Shown here: piece after piece, positions 1-9,946 of the stretch
Layout of the letters: each line of letters begins with the position of its first letter
How positions within the stretch are numbered: position 1 is the stretch's first letter
Origin: a virus
Taxonomy: Duplodnaviria; Caudoviricetes
IMG/VR virus record: IMGVR_UViG_3300032265_002598
Location: 1-64,000 of that record
Direction: 5' to 3' (one strand)
DNA: 64,000 nt
Position numbers and translations under genes: made by a program
Notes under the pieces: model-generated
Databases searched by the model: none
What the model was told of the DNA's origin: nothing
Seen by the model: only the letters and a program-made list of their open reading frames with translations

Positions 1-229
1 ATAGTTTGCGATCTTCTTTCCATTGTAAAAAATGACAATATTCATGGATAAGAATTTCAAAACCCATACGATGTTTCATAGCAACAGCAAATTCTCTTTC
101 ATCTTCATCAATAGAACACCATCCTCCACAAGAATCTGGCAATTGTTCTTTGTTATACAATAGCACAGAGAATCCGTAATCTAGTAATTCTCTAACTATT
201 TTAGTTGTAAGATTAGATTTAGTTTCCAT
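1..229 (-). CDS. HEXXH zinc-metallopeptidase-like protein (3' end runs off the window)
   Basis: Not in ORF track; manual translation from ATG 229: METKSNLTTKIVRELLDYG...EILIHEYCHFLQWKE, contains HEYCH. Confidence 0.6.
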   Translation of the reverse strand, partial: METKSNLTTKIVRELLDYGFSVLLYNKEQLPDSCGGWCSIDEDEREFAVAMKHRMGFEILIHEYCHFLQWKEDRKL

Positions 230-401
230 ATTCAAATTGCTCTACAGAATGTATTTTAACCACTTGAAACTTAATGCGGTGCTGATCTTTAAACTGAAAA
301 ATAGCATCTTCTTCTGATGCTACATCCATAACTTGATTAATCAAAAAATGCTGCCTAGAATGATCATGCAACTCATAAACTTGTGCTGTTACATTATACA
401 T
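219..401 (-). CDS. hypothetical protein
   Basis: 60-aa ORF tightly packed between neighbours. Confidence 0.6.
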   Translation of the reverse strand: MYNVTAQVYELHDHSRQHFLINQVMDVASEEDAIFQFKDQHRIKFQVVKIHSVEQFEYGN

Positions 402-402
402 A

Positions 403-1041
403 TTAATTGTTCCATCCTAATGCTTCTGATACTGTGGGGAATTGCTCTGAAAAAATTCTCTTAGTTTCTTCTGCTATAATCATATGTTCTTTTTGAGTCC
501 CGTGAGCAGTTCTTAGTTGAATCCAATGGATAAAACTTCTGGCCGATCCACTCATGTAAAGTCTAGTAGGTGTTGCTAGTGGCAAAATAAATCTAGCACA
601 CTCTTTAGCTACTCCATCAGCTATCATCCCATCATATATAGATTTAGCTTTTGCGAAATGTTCACGAATTTGTAAATTCCATTTTACTTTAGTCTCATCA
701 GATATGTCATCAATACTATTTTGTCTATTCTTATTATCTTGCCTTCGTAATTCAAATATTGGAATATCTTCGACTAGTAATGTGGCATCAGCATATCTCT
801 GTGAGAACTCTTGAAAAGTGAACGATCTATGTCTGAGAATTTGAGCAGCTAATCCTCTAGTTGTATTAATTTCAATAGTCATAAAAGCCTGTTCAAAAAT
901 ACTCCAGTGTTGATTTTTAATACAATAAGCTAATAGCTTAGAATAATTCTCGTTATCTTGGTTATTTGGGTTGCTTACTCTCGCACAATAACTCATTACT
1001 TTTTCTGCGTCTGGAGTTACACTAATTAATTTTACACTCAT
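403..1041 (-). CDS. thyX: FAD-dependent thymidylate synthase
   Basis: ThyX signature RHRSFTFQEFSQRY, HWSIFEQA, KECARFILP. Confidence 0.97.
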   Translation of the reverse strand: MSVKLISVTPDAEKVMSYCARVSNPNNQDNENYSKLLAYCIKNQHWSIFEQAFMTIEINTTRGLAAQILRHRSFTFQEFSQRYADATLLVEDIPIFELRRQDNKNRQNSIDDISDETKVKWNLQIREHFAKAKSIYDGMIADGVAKECARFILPLATPTRLYMSGSARSFIHWIQLRTAHGTQKEHMIIAEETKRIFSEQFPTVSEALGWNN

Positions 1042-1277
1042 ATTTGATCCTCTGTGTGTGATATGTCAAATTCTTCTAGCGGGCAAAGTTCTTCGTCCCA
1101 AAATCCATTCCTTAGTCCGCGACCTAGAATATGTCCCGCTTTTAGCCAAATGTTATTATAGTCATCAACAGTCATTCTTTTAGTGGTTCTTCCCCAATCA
1201 CATATTGTAGAGTCAAAAACTTCTGTGCCAAAATCAAACCATTCATCTGTTTTTGAGATAAATTTAATGTATGTCAT
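1038..1277 (-). CDS. hypothetical protein
   Basis: 79-aa ORF, ATGA overlap with thyX start. Confidence 0.7.
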   Translation of the reverse strand: MTYIKFISKTDEWFDFGTEVFDSTICDWGRTTKRMTVDDYNNIWLKAGHILGRGLRNGFWDEELCPLEEFDISHTEDQI

Positions 1278-1427
1278 TCTTATTCCACCATACTACAATT
1301 TTCTTCCATATTGGAGTGAAAAAATAAACAGCTAAAAATCCAACAATACCATTAATAGCAGATACAGTTAGACTTGCTATTGTTATAGGAAGCATTTGTA
1401 TCTTAATCTTATTAGATCCTTTATTAC

Positions 1428-1928
1428 TCATACATTCTTATCAAATTTATTTGTTTTAGTTTCCCACCAAAACGATACCATGTGTTCATCTCCATTAAAA
1501 TATATTGGGCAAAAGTCTGGTCGAAAAATACTATTTAAATCACAAGCTACGCATGTAAAAAATAACTGCCAACGAGCAAATCCATAGTCTAATAATTTCT
1601 TTTCTATTTTTGTGAAGTTATTACCACTAAGACATCCACTATCTACAATAATCAATTTGTTATAAGGATCAAGTTGATCTGGATGAATAAATGTTTCAAA
1701 TTCATTTTTATATGGGATATTAACTGGTTCAATATCTAATGGTTCATCTTTTATAGATAATTTATGACTCATTAACTGAGCCATAATTCCAGAATATTCA
1801 TAGCTTAACTGTAATATTGCCGCTTTATCTTCATAGGAAAAACGATCTCTAATCTCATTACAGATTTTATCTATGCACTTAGTTTCCCATTCTCTATCAA
1901 TATATAAACTTTTAAGAGCCATAATCAC
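1428..1928 (-). CDS. phosphoribosyltransferase-fold protein
   Basis: KLIIVDSGCLSGNNF resembles the type I PRTase PRPP-binding loop. Confidence 0.5.
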   Translation of the reverse strand: MIMALKSLYIDREWETKCIDKICNEIRDRFSYEDKAAILQLSYEYSGIMAQLMSHKLSIKDEPLDIEPVNIPYKNEFETFIHPDQLDPYNKLIIVDSGCLSGNNFTKIEKKLLDYGFARWQLFFTCVACDLNSIFRPDFCPIYFNGDEHMVSFWWETKTNKFDKNV

Positions 1929-2172
1929 TCACTGTAAATTTAGTATATTCTTTCTCTTCTTTATATTTAAGTTGATATTCAATAAACTTATCTTCTGTAA
2001 TATGGTTAAAAATTGCAGTAGCTACTTTACTAACGCTTTTTGCTACACCACTAGCATCTGGCCCAGCATTTAGTTTGGCCCAATAATAAAGACCATCCTC
2101 CTTGTCTTTAATTATTTCATAACCTTTTTCTTTAGCCCATTTCTTGATTTCTGAAATCATCATAATTAACAA
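1912..2172 (-). CDS. hypothetical protein
   Basis: Packed ORF in operon. Confidence 0.65.
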   Translation of the reverse strand: MLIMMISEIKKWAKEKGYEIIKDKEDGLYYWAKLNAGPDASGVAKSVSKVATAIFNHITEDKFIEYQLKYKEEKEYTKFTVSDYGS

Positions 2173-2480
2173 CTCGCATTACCAGATTTAGGAGGCTTAT
2201 TTATATTCTTTCTTGTAGATGGATCATAATTCTCAATAGGATTGTCATAGTGTTTCCATGCTTTTTCGTGTCTTAAAGCAATAATCTCTTTTTCCTGTTG
2301 AAATATCCTTTGTTTTTGATATTCGATCAATTTGTATAACTCAATAATATAATCTAATACTGGCTGTCCTTTATACTTAGTTAGTATAGTATTTACTTTA
2401 GACAAGTCCATTGGCTCATACTTGAGCGTCATATCATAATCATCTGGATTCCAGTCTGGGTCGTATTTCTGGTCGCTCAT
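2166..2480 (-). CDS. hypothetical protein
   Basis: Packed ORF, ATGA overlap with upstream stop. Confidence 0.7.
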   Translation of the reverse strand: MSDQKYDPDWNPDDYDMTLKYEPMDLSKVNTILTKYKGQPVLDYIIELYKLIEYQKQRIFQQEKEIIALRHEKAWKHYDNPIENYDPSTRKNINKPPKSGNASC

Positions 2481-2824
2481 TTTTGCATCTGTTCCTCATA
2501 CGAATACTTCAGCCTAGAATTAAAACCATTAGCATATCCTTGCATATAAATCTCTTTGGATAGTCTGGAATTTTCTCCAATCAATTGTTTATTATCTCTA
2601 GCCCAAAGAACAAAACTTTTTTCTTCATCACAAATATCGGACAAATCTGGATAATAAATTTCATCAAACCACAAATAGTGTTTTTGTAGCATAGTATCCA
2701 ATGCTATAAATACTGGTGGTTTTGGATCATAATTATGTTCTATTTGAGATATAACAAGTTCATCCATGAATACATTAACAATCTTGTCTCCAACCTTTAA
2801 TGCCATAGCTAGGTCAAGTCTCAT
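2477..2824 (-). CDS. hypothetical protein
   Basis: Packed ORF, ATGA overlaps. Confidence 0.7.
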   Translation of the reverse strand: MRLDLAMALKVGDKIVNVFMDELVISQIEHNYDPKPPVFIALDTMLQKHYLWFDEIYYPDLSDICDEEKSFVLWARDNKQLIGENSRLSKEIYMQGYANGFNSRLKYSYEEQMQK

Positions 2825-3045
2825 GCTCGTTCAGTCTCCTTAAATCGGTTGATATAATTATCATAAGCGTCCTCAATACTATCAGCAACCTTGAATTTCC
2901 ATAGATCACTATCTGATTCAATATCAAATGAATCAAGATATTCTAGCAAATATTTGAGAATATGTTCAACACCCACATCATCAACCAAAGCTTTAATCTT
3001 TGGCTTATCTGTTAGATAGCGGACTTCTTTTTTAATTTCTTTCAT
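2821..3045 (-). CDS. hypothetical protein
   Basis: Packed ORF, overlaps neighbours by 4 nt. Confidence 0.7.
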   Translation of the reverse strand: MKEIKKEVRYLTDKPKIKALVDDVGVEHILKYLLEYLDSFDIESDSDLWKFKVADSIEDAYDNYINRFKETERA

Positions 3046-3389
3046 TTTTTATACAGGTATGAACCTGCCCAATCACATTCCTCTAATAGTTTGTCAAAAT
3101 CAGTAAACAGATTATATCTAGGATCTTTGTACGGAGCGGAGTAGCTTGCTGGCTTATAAATATCTCCATTAGTTTTGTTCACAAAAGCATGAATAGTTTC
3201 AATTCCTTCCCACACTTGGGTAATTTTGTGATATTTCTTATTTTCCTTGAAAAAATAATAGACTGTTTGTTCATCTCCATAAGTTTGTTTCTTAGCTTTT
3301 TCCTCAAGAACATCAAGCCAAGTATGAATATGAGAATGAAAATCAGCCAATGATGGGGGATTCAAATTCTTTGAGTTTTGCACGACCAT
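3042..3389 (-). CDS. conserved phage protein (KYHKI...HAFVNK-NGDIYKPASY-AP family)
   Basis: Motif HAFVxKxxGxxYKPASxxAP recalled from aquatic phage hypotheticals. Confidence 0.65.
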   Translation of the reverse strand: MVVQNSKNLNPPSLADFHSHIHTWLDVLEEKAKKQTYGDEQTVYYFFKENKKYHKITQVWEGIETIHAFVNKTNGDIYKPASYSAPYKDPRYNLFTDFDKLLEECDWAGSYLYKK

Positions 3390-4038
3390 TTTTTATTAAT
3401 ACATAGTGACAAGGATTTTCTGTCCACGAACCGCTGTTGATATAGTGTACCATATCAGATTTATCTGTCAAGGCGTGATGGGTATGAGAGCAAATAATAA
3501 TATTAGCACCGATGGATTTAGCATATTGTTTTGCTCTGTCTTTGATTTGATTAGAACATCTTAAAAAGATTTTACTGCTACGCTTTAGTAATCTAGCCCA
3601 ATAAAAACTTGGGTCTATTCTTTGTATCATTCTATAAATATTATCAGCTAGTTTGGTAAGTCTAGGATGTTTACTGATAAAATTATCAAATCTATCTCCA
3701 TGAAGTATTACTACTTTATTATGTCCACTAAAAAAAGTATATTCCTCTACAAAGTTAGCACCAAGAATATGAGATATAATATTAGCTGGCCCATCATGAT
3801 TACCAGAAATGTATATAACCTTAGTCTTGTTAGAGATTTTTCTAATGTATGCTAAAACTTTCCAATGTCCATTCTTTAGTCTACGAAAATCTAAATTATC
3901 AAATAGATCGCCATTTATGATGAGTGATTTAGTCTTAATTTCATTCTGGTAGATTTTGTGCAAAAAATGCAGTATTTGTCTGGTCTGTGAAATATTGGAT
4001 GAAATATGTAAATCACTAATAACAACAGCATCGTACAT
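3343..4038 (-). CDS. calcineurin-like metallophosphoesterase (LpxH-like)
   Basis: Motifs ISDLH, NGDLFD, GNHD, LHGDRFD, SHTH, NSGSW. Confidence 0.9.
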   Translation of the reverse strand: MYDAVVISDLHISSNISQTRQILHFLHKIYQNEIKTKSLIINGDLFDNLDFRRLKNGHWKVLAYIRKISNKTKVIYISGNHDGPANIISHILGANFVEEYTFFSGHNKVVILHGDRFDNFISKHPRLTKLADNIYRMIQRIDPSFYWARLLKRSSKIFLRCSNQIKDRAKQYAKSIGANIIICSHTHHALTDKSDMVHYINSGSWTENPCHYVLIKNGRAKLKEFESPIIG

Positions 4039-4090
4039 AGTATGTTCCTATTTAATTGGTCATTAATATGTACTAATTAATACACTAATC

Positions 4091-4405
4091 TCAACGATAC
4101 CTACGGCAACAAAACCACTTGCCATTTGCTCCCTGAGCATAACCAACATCGACAGTTTGCAGTCTACTATTTGCATAACAACAATTATTATATGCCTGTT
4201 GCTGTGTTGATCCGCTTCCACAACCTTCATAGCCTGAAGTTACTGGAAGGAAATGTCCCACAGAGTTTCTACTAGCCATAATATCAGCTACACTCTGAGC
4301 AGTATTAGCTGAATAATTACTAGTATATGAGTAAGTCTTGGGTGGCTTACCATAAGAAACTGAACAAGCACAAAGAGCCATCATCAAAACTACAATCTTC
4401 TTCAT
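4091..4405 (-). CDS. small secreted Cys-rich protein (CAP/SCP-like, tentative)
   Basis: True start MKKIVVLMMALCACSVSYG at 4405 after AGGAGGAG; signal peptide; C-terminal CC...VDVGYAQG...WFCCRRYR. Confidence 0.65.
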   Translation of the reverse strand: MKKIVVLMMALCACSVSYGKPPKTYSYTSNYSANTAQSVADIMASRNSVGHFLPVTSGYEGCGSGSTQQQAYNNCCYANSRLQTVDVGYAQGANGKWFCCRRYR

Positions 4406-4493
4406 AAAACTCCTCCTTGAGATAATATTCCTATAAAATAACCAATAGCAAAGAAACCAATCACTATCAATATATCGACCATCCATGACCGAA

Positions 4494-4712
4494 TCATGAG
4501 GAAAAACCAATTTTTTGCTTAGTTGTAGATAATGTGGACTCAAGCTCATGATCTGCAAAATACTTGCAATCATAACTTCGTCCATTCCACCAACCAACCT
4601 CATAAGAAACTGAATTATTTCCACGAATATTGATTCCAGTAACTTTACCAAAAACATCTTCGGCCAACTTAATATCAGTTCCAATACTAAAAACTTCTAA
4701 TTTATCTTTCAT
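4494..4712 (-). CDS. hypothetical protein
   Basis: 72-aa ORF with GGAG RBS. Confidence 0.7.
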   Translation of the reverse strand: MKDKLEVFSIGTDIKLAEDVFGKVTGINIRGNNSVSYEVGWWNGRSYDCKYFADHELESTLSTTKQKIGFSS

Positions 4713-4867
4713 GATTTAATTCTCCATTAAGTTATCTATCTAATAAATATTCTACGTTCAAACTAGCAATTTGAATTTCAAGAGATTCTATCTTTTTCTT
4801 TTGCTCTTCTATTGTTTTTTCTAGATGATTGATATAAGTATCAATATCAAAGAAAGGATTAGTTCTA

Positions 4868-5080
4868 TCAGTCTGATTCATGTTCCCATATCTTTTCTAA
4901 ATGATTCAATAGTCTATCTGCCTTCTTGTCATTATAAAAACAATCAAGGTCTGTAGCAATAAACTCTTTATATTTTTTAGGCCAAACTTCAGCCAAACAA
5001 TTCATAACAGTTTGACCATATCGTAGTTGATATTTCTTTAAATCATTATCAATTTTATTTCTGAACTCAGAATAACTCAT
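4868..5080 (-). CDS. hypothetical protein
   Basis: 70-aa ORF, RYGQTVMN motif. Confidence 0.7.
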   Translation of the reverse strand: MSYSEFRNKIDNDLKKYQLRYGQTVMNCLAEVWPKKYKEFIATDLDCFYNDKKADRLLNHLEKIWEHESD

Positions 5081-5292
5081 TGCTTTTTCTTTTTCAAAAA
5101 GGCTATAATATCTCCAGCAGTATTAGGAACAGTATTGCCACCAAGATAATATTGTCCAGTAATCTGAATCATTTCATCCAAAGTTTTTTGAGCATTATAC
5201 ATTCTTGCCCACTTTGGTTTATATTCCTGTTTCATATAATTCCAAACGCTATTATAGAAATCACAAATAGCTTGATTAACTGACTCGTTCAT
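5077..5292 (-). CDS. hypothetical protein
   Basis: Packed ORF. Confidence 0.65.
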   Translation of the reverse strand: MNESVNQAICDFYNSVWNYMKQEYKPKWARMYNAQKTLDEMIQITGQYYLGGNTVPNTAGDIIAFLKKKKQ

Positions 5293-5414
5293 AATTTATT
5301 CCTGTACTTTAGTTCCCATATCATAAGGATATCCATCTTCTATTTCTTCACTATAAATATCTTCGTAATGATTATCCCACCAAGGAATTTTACTATCTGG
5401 TAATTCAGTCATAA

Positions 5415-5597
5415 TCAAAGTTCAACATATTTTAGTATAGTCAGAATTCTTCGTGCTAATGCCGCACCACCAACAATCCTACCATCATTATAATCTTCTC
5501 CATATCCAGAAGTAGACTCATGATCTTTTTGTTCTTTAATCTTTCGATTACATAACTTTATGATTTCAAGTATATTAGCTTTTTCTATTTCATTCAT
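5415..5597 (-). CDS. hypothetical protein (DGRIVG family, copy 1)
   Basis: Shares Y(N/E)DGRIVG..LA..IL.I with 6863..7024. Confidence 0.7.
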   Translation of the reverse strand: MNEIEKANILEIIKLCNRKIKEQKDHESTSGYGEDYNDGRIVGGAALARRILTILKYVEL

Positions 5598-5732
5598 ATA
5601 AAATTTTCTAGTAATAGAATATCGTTTTTAGTCTTACAAAAAACTATACCAAAAATCTACGGAAGTTGATTGTGGGAATACCCGCGATCCCTACCATTAA
5701 GGCATCAACAAGTTTATTATACCTCGTCAGAA

Positions 5733-6344
5733 CTAAACTGTCAATAGCTCAGTTTCCAACTCGTTTAAGCATTTAAAATCTGTACCACTTATATTTAAGT
5801 TCCAACTCTTATGATAATGACCAAATCGCCATATTTTAGGTTGATGAATATTAAATAGCTCTTGCAAAGCCCATCCTGTTAGGTTCTCATATTTTCTTTG
5901 ATTTCTATCTAGTATTCTCAAGCTAACTTCATCTGGACAATCATGAGTTAAAACAATGTCTGGTTTTACTTCTCTGTAAAGCTCTCTAGCTTTCATAAAT
6001 TGATCAATAGTAACCTGTTCATCTTCCCACCAGTCTATACCTATGGTTCTATTTGCACGATCAATGCTATAAGCACCTCTATAATAGAAAAATTTAACAC
6101 CATTCAAACATGAGTGCCCACAATTACCAAGGTAATTAGGGCTATCATTAATGCTACTGTAATTGTCATGATTACCTCCAATAATTTTATGCTTAGTAGG
6201 GTCTACGTTCTTTAATGTTTCGTAATTAAAACCAAAATCACCCAACTGAATAGTATATGGATGACGATCTTTTTCTCTAATTATTTCATGATAATGTTTA
6301 TATTTACCATGAACATCACCAATGAGAGTAATACTATTATTCAT
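5733..6344 (-). CDS. calcineurin-like metallophosphoesterase
   Basis: GDVHG, QLGDFG, GNHD, LTHDCP, FGHYH motifs. Confidence 0.9.
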   Translation of the reverse strand: MNNSITLIGDVHGKYKHYHEIIREKDRHPYTIQLGDFGFNYETLKNVDPTKHKIIGGNHDNYSSINDSPNYLGNCGHSCLNGVKFFYYRGAYSIDRANRTIGIDWWEDEQVTIDQFMKARELYREVKPDIVLTHDCPDEVSLRILDRNQRKYENLTGWALQELFNIHQPKIWRFGHYHKSWNLNISGTDFKCLNELETELLTV

Positions 6345-6622
6345 ACTCCATCCAACGGATCATTTTCATAAGGATAACTAAATGGCCCCAAGATGCTTTT
6401 TCTTTTTTGTTTTAGGAAATCTAGTGTCTCATCAAAACAATTTTCACAAATATGAATCTCGTATTTTGATCCATCATTAGTTGAACCATATCCCCAATAT
6501 GATTCTAGTGTTGCAAAATCTGGCCCAACTTCTTTATGGTTGGTTGTACTTTTCCCACAAATATCGCAAGAAATGTCGTCAAGAACTTTTCTTACTTCTT
6601 CTTTAAATGTTCTCATTTCCAA
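6341..6622 (-). CDS. small zinc-finger protein
   Basis: CDICG ... HICENC pairs. Confidence 0.65.
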   Translation of the reverse strand: MEMRTFKEEVRKVLDDISCDICGKSTTNHKEVGPDFATLESYWGYGSTNDGSKYEIHICENCFDETLDFLKQKRKSILGPFSYPYENDPLDGV

Positions 6623-6870
6623 CGTCGTGAAGGATCACGCCTTTTGGGTGGACTAAAATGTGTAGTTGTTTTTGTAATAGTAATACAGGGTTGGAAAAAC
6701 TTTGTAGTTTTCTTTGGACTAAAACCAGCAGGAAGAATTATATCGCTACTTTTAAATAGATCGGGCATACCAATATATTCAGATAAGTAATTCATAGTTC
6801 TTCTATATCCATCAATGATAACATCTTTGGAACAAGTTTTTTTCATCAAATCTTCAAAACTCTTAGCCAT
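6613..6870 (-). CDS. hypothetical protein
   Basis: Packed ORF. Confidence 0.6.
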   Translation of the reverse strand: MAKSFEDLMKKTCSKDVIIDGYRRTMNYLSEYIGMPDLFKSSDIILPAGFSPKKTTKFFQPCITITKTTTHFSPPKRRDPSRRWK

Positions 6871-7024
6871 TATTAATAATCTCCAGAATAGTTTCTGCTA
6901 GTGTTGAGCGGCCCACAATTCGTCCATCCTCATAAGGATCATTATAACTAGATTTTTGGCTCCAGTTTTGCATAATACCCAAACACAGTCTCCTGATTTC
7001 TTCCATCTTTTCTTCATTACTCAT
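6863..7024 (-). CDS. hypothetical protein (DGRIVG family, copy 2)
   Basis: Likely start MSNEEK at 7024; paralog of 5415..5597. Confidence 0.65.
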   Translation of the reverse strand: MSNEEKMEEIRRLCLGIMQNWSQKSSYNDPYEDGRIVGRSTLAETILEIINNG

Positions 7025-7328
7025 TTGTCGCCTCTGCTTGAACATAAAAGATTCGGTCAATATTACATCGACCAAGAGCAATTCTAACACCCAGTTTCTT
7101 ATTATAATTCTCTTTCTTGCTGCAAATAGCGAGTCCATCATAATGATCGCCAGATGGGCCATCAATTATAATTTGGGTTGATCCACCTTTAGTGTCTGGA
7201 TCAATAGGCCCATAACCATAACCCTCCGCAGTCTTGCTGCCTACTTGCCATTTATAATAGCCATTGTAAAGCCGATTGTGAAGAACCCTGACTTTATAAC
7301 CATTATTACGCAATTCTTGAACTGTCAT
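7017..7328 (-). CDS. hypothetical protein
   Basis: GGAG RBS; CSKKENYNKKLGVRIALGR motif typical of phage hypotheticals. Confidence 0.75.
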   Translation of the reverse strand: MTVQELRNNGYKVRVLHNRLYNGYYKWQVGSKTAEGYGYGPIDPDTKGGSTQIIIDGPSGDHYDGLAICSKKENYNKKLGVRIALGRCNIDRIFYVQAEATNE

Positions 7329-7343
7329 ATTTTCTCCAATTAA

Positions 7344-7559
7344 TTAGTGTAGACCGCAAACTTCCACGGTACGAGTAATAATAATCTTGTTGTATTCTGA
7401 CAAAAATTTGTCTAAGTTATCTTGTTTGATAGATAGCTCATAGTTGTTCTGACCAATGAAATACTTATCAATTAAATCTTGAACTTTTTGTTGAACTGTT
7501 GGACTCATAAACTTTCTCCAAGGGATACCCAAGTATACTATGTTATCGGCGTTTGTCAA
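7344..7559 (-). CDS. hypothetical protein
   Basis: ORF in operon; start uncertain. Confidence 0.5.
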   Translation of the reverse strand: MTNADNIVYLGIPWRKFMSPTVQQKVQDLIDKYFIGQNNYELSIKQDNLDKFLSEYNKIIITRTVEVCGLH

Positions 7560-7749
7560 GATGCTTCATTAGCAATTATTTCTTTCCTGCAACACACAAC
7601 AAAATACCATAGCATAAAATACTTGGAACCCAAAGACCCACATATAAACTATAGAATTCTGCATTTGGTATCCCGCTAAACATTAGCCCTAAGCTTAGGA
7701 GTAGACTAATGAAAGCAGGAATAACTATCATATTAACCATATTCCACCT

Positions 7750-7965
7750 TTATGATTGCTCATCAGCTTTAACTTTGTATCTTTTAACTTCACTAACTAG
7801 TTTCTTCAGAACATTATTGTCTTTAAGCTCAGACAACGTATAATTAACCTTTTGATTATTTCTGGAATCTGGATTTAGATCTCCTAAAAATAGAATACTA
7901 ATAGCCAGACCAGAACTAACAATTAGCATCATAATTACTCCAGCAAAAAATATGTACATTTCCAT
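7750..7965 (-). CDS. small membrane protein
   Basis: N-terminal hydrophobic helix. Confidence 0.65.
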   Translation of the reverse strand: MEMYIFFAGVIMMLIVSSGLAISILFLGDLNPDSRNNQKVNYTLSELKDNNVLKKLVSEVKRYKVKADEQS

Positions 7966-7966
7966 G

Positions 7967-8146
7967 TTAATCTCCTTTGCTGTTTTTTAGTAACAGATTT
8001 CCAAGAGATAAGAAACTAGGAACCCATAACCCTACAAATAATCCACAGTCTTTTGCATCTTCTACTCCACTAAACCATAGTCCCGTACTTAAAGCGAAAC
8101 TCAAAAATGCCGCAACAAGAATACTGATCTTAAATGGTGTCATCAT
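7967..8146 (-). CDS. small two-helix membrane protein
   Basis: Start MMTPF after GGAG; GLFVGLWVPSFLSLG. Confidence 0.65.
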   Translation of the reverse strand: MMTPFKISILVAAFLSFALSTGLWFSGVEDAKDCGLFVGLWVPSFLSLGNLLLKNSKGD

Positions 8147-8220
8147 AAACTCCTTAAAGGTTGGTAAAATTTTTCTCACAAACCTTATTGTACCACAGAG
8201 ACATCGTAAGATCAAATATT

Positions 8221-8406
8221 TTACAAATCATTCATGTCTGGACATTGTTTCTCTGATTGAACGCTTAATCCATTACAAAAACATACCGACTTATCCTGTC
8301 TAATCCTTACTTCACATTCTTCTGCCTTATATTCGGATTGATAAAACAAAACTGTTACAACAAAGACCATAAGAAACAAAGGGAACGTATTAATCAATTT
8401 TTCCAT
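8221..8406 (-). CDS. hypothetical membrane/secreted protein
   Basis: Hydrophobic N-terminus, Cys-rich C-terminus. Confidence 0.55.
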   Translation of the reverse strand: MEKLINTFPLFLMVFVVTVLFYQSEYKAEECEVRIRQDKSVCFCNGLSVQSEKQCPDMNDL

Positions 8407-8616
8407 TTAGATATTATCCTTATAAAGACCCACACTTACTCCAGAATCAACATTTTGATAATATTCCCCCTTACGATATTCTGGGAAATCAACTTCATTG
8501 ACCCCAAATTCTATCCTAAGATATTCGCTAGTATAAGCCTCTCCTGCAAAATAATCAGTAAAGACTTTGACTCTTTCAACTGTTGATCCTCTAGCCACAA
8601 TAAAAACCCAACTCAT
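8407..8616 (-). CDS. hypothetical protein
   Basis: GGAG RBS, packed ORF. Confidence 0.65.
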   Translation of the reverse strand: MSWVFIVARGSTVERVKVFTDYFAGEAYTSEYLRIEFGVNEVDFPEYRKGEYYQNVDSGVSVGLYKDNI

Positions 8617-8624
8617 TTAAACTC

Positions 8625-8837
8625 CTAGCTATTAGTGATTTCTTGATAATAGTTAATGTCAATATCCAGTTCATCATCTTTGTTTAATACATAGGCAGCA
8701 TCAAAATAAATATGATCTCTTGGGTTGTGTCCAAGATGAATATGAGATTCATATGATTCTTTTTGAATAGGATCATTATATATGAATTTAGCACATTTAT
8801 TAGCTGAAATCATAAAATCTCGGTTATAGTTATCCAT
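8625..8837 (-). CDS. hypothetical protein
   Basis: AGGAG RBS. Confidence 0.7.
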   Translation of the reverse strand: MDNYNRDFMISANKCAKFIYNDPIQKESYESHIHLGHNPRDHIYFDAAYVLNKDDELDIDINYYQEITNS

Positions 8838-8847
8838 TTTATTTCTC

Positions 8848-9228
8848 CTAAGAAATGTTACAATCCCTAGCGTAAATTATACCACGTTTGGCTGGAGGAT
8901 CAACTGGATTTTCAAATTTTTTGACTGATTTTACTACCCACCCAAACTTAGGCTTATCTTTCCAACCATACAACCTATCATTAATACTCACTTTATGTCT
9001 ACTCTCATCAGATTCCCACTGTTCTTTAGAGGAATACTGAATACAACCACTAAAAGTAATTGTTCCGATAATTCTACTCTTAAACTTAGCCGATTTCCCC
9101 GGAGTTTCAATTAGTGCCAACTCAACTCCCTCTAATCTTTGTGGGAGTGTATAGGAGCGAGTTTCGACCGTTTTCTGACCATTAATTAAAAGGGTAGACC
9201 AAGGCGACCGTACATTTAAACCGATCAC
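8848..9228 (-). CDS. ASCH domain protein
   Basis: LNVRSPWSTLLINGQKTVETRS ASCH signature. Confidence 0.85.
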   Translation of the reverse strand: MIGLNVRSPWSTLLINGQKTVETRSYTLPQRLEGVELALIETPGKSAKFKSRIIGTITFSGCIQYSSKEQWESDESRHKVSINDRLYGWKDKPKFGWVVKSVKKFENPVDPPAKRGIIYARDCNIS

Positions 9229-9231
9229 GAA

Positions 9232-9462
9232 TTATTCCCCAAAAGGTTCAAAATTCACACTATAAAGTTTACCCTGTTTATTCTTGTATAACAACTGAGG
9301 GTTGTCCTTGTCAGTATACAACCAGATGAATGTGTTGTCAATAGGTGGGTTTATCCAATCTTTAGGATTTGAACCACTTCTAGTTAGTCTTATCTTTAGT
9401 GGCCCTACATGACCAGAAGTTATATCAAAACTTCCATCAAATCCAACTTCAATGGGTTTCAT
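9232..9462 (-). CDS. hypothetical protein
   Basis: Packed ORF. Confidence 0.6.
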   Translation of the reverse strand: MKPIEVGFDGSFDITSGHVGPLKIRLTRSGSNPKDWINPPIDNTFIWLYTDKDNPQLLYKNKQGKLYSVNFEPFGE

Positions 9463-9946
9463 TATATTCTTCTTGAGTCATATATGACCCATCTTTTTTC
9501 ATTGTGGTAAATTGGCCCATTCCCATACATTTTTCACAAGCCGCCATATCTATTTTCGGGCCTGCGGCAGCATATTCTTTAAGTAAAGTTGAATACTTTG
9601 ATTCAACAGTCTCACAGTATTCGTAAGAGTTGCCGTAAGGCAGTTTAACACACTTTTCACACTTGTCAACCATAAGATGATGATTTATGAATAATGCCAA
9701 ACTAGCATCCATCATGAGCTTATTAATGTCTGTTGGGTATTCTCCAGAGCCTTTACATTGGTTACAAGTTATCAGCGGTGGTTCTGATAGTTTTTGTATA
9801 TTCTTTTTGTGGATAGGATTAAGAATAAACATTGAAAAGACTGTGAGAACTATCACTACTCCAAAAAGTATTAGAGTAACAGTCATATCTTGTGCTTTTT
9901 GATTGTCTAGAAATCTACTCATTGTATAATAATACCTCTTAACCAC
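9449..9946 (-). CDS. membrane-anchored protein with DnaJ-type CxxCxGxG zinc fingers
   Basis: TM helix, then CNQCKGSG and CEKCMGMG. Confidence 0.65.
   Translation of the reverse strand: MVKRYYYTMSRFLDNQKAQDMTVTLILFGVVIVLTVFSMFILNPIHKKNIQKLSEPPLITCNQCKGSGEYPTDINKLMMDASLALFINHHLMVDKCEKCVKLPYGNSYEYCETVESKYSTLLKEYAAAGPKIDMAACEKCMGMGQFTTMKKDGSYMTQEEYNETH

Noticed and set aside
4406-4684. N-terminal extension of ORF 4091..4684
   Set aside because: Overlaps the real 4494..4712 gene; a strong AGGAGGAG RBS and signal peptide place the start at 4405.
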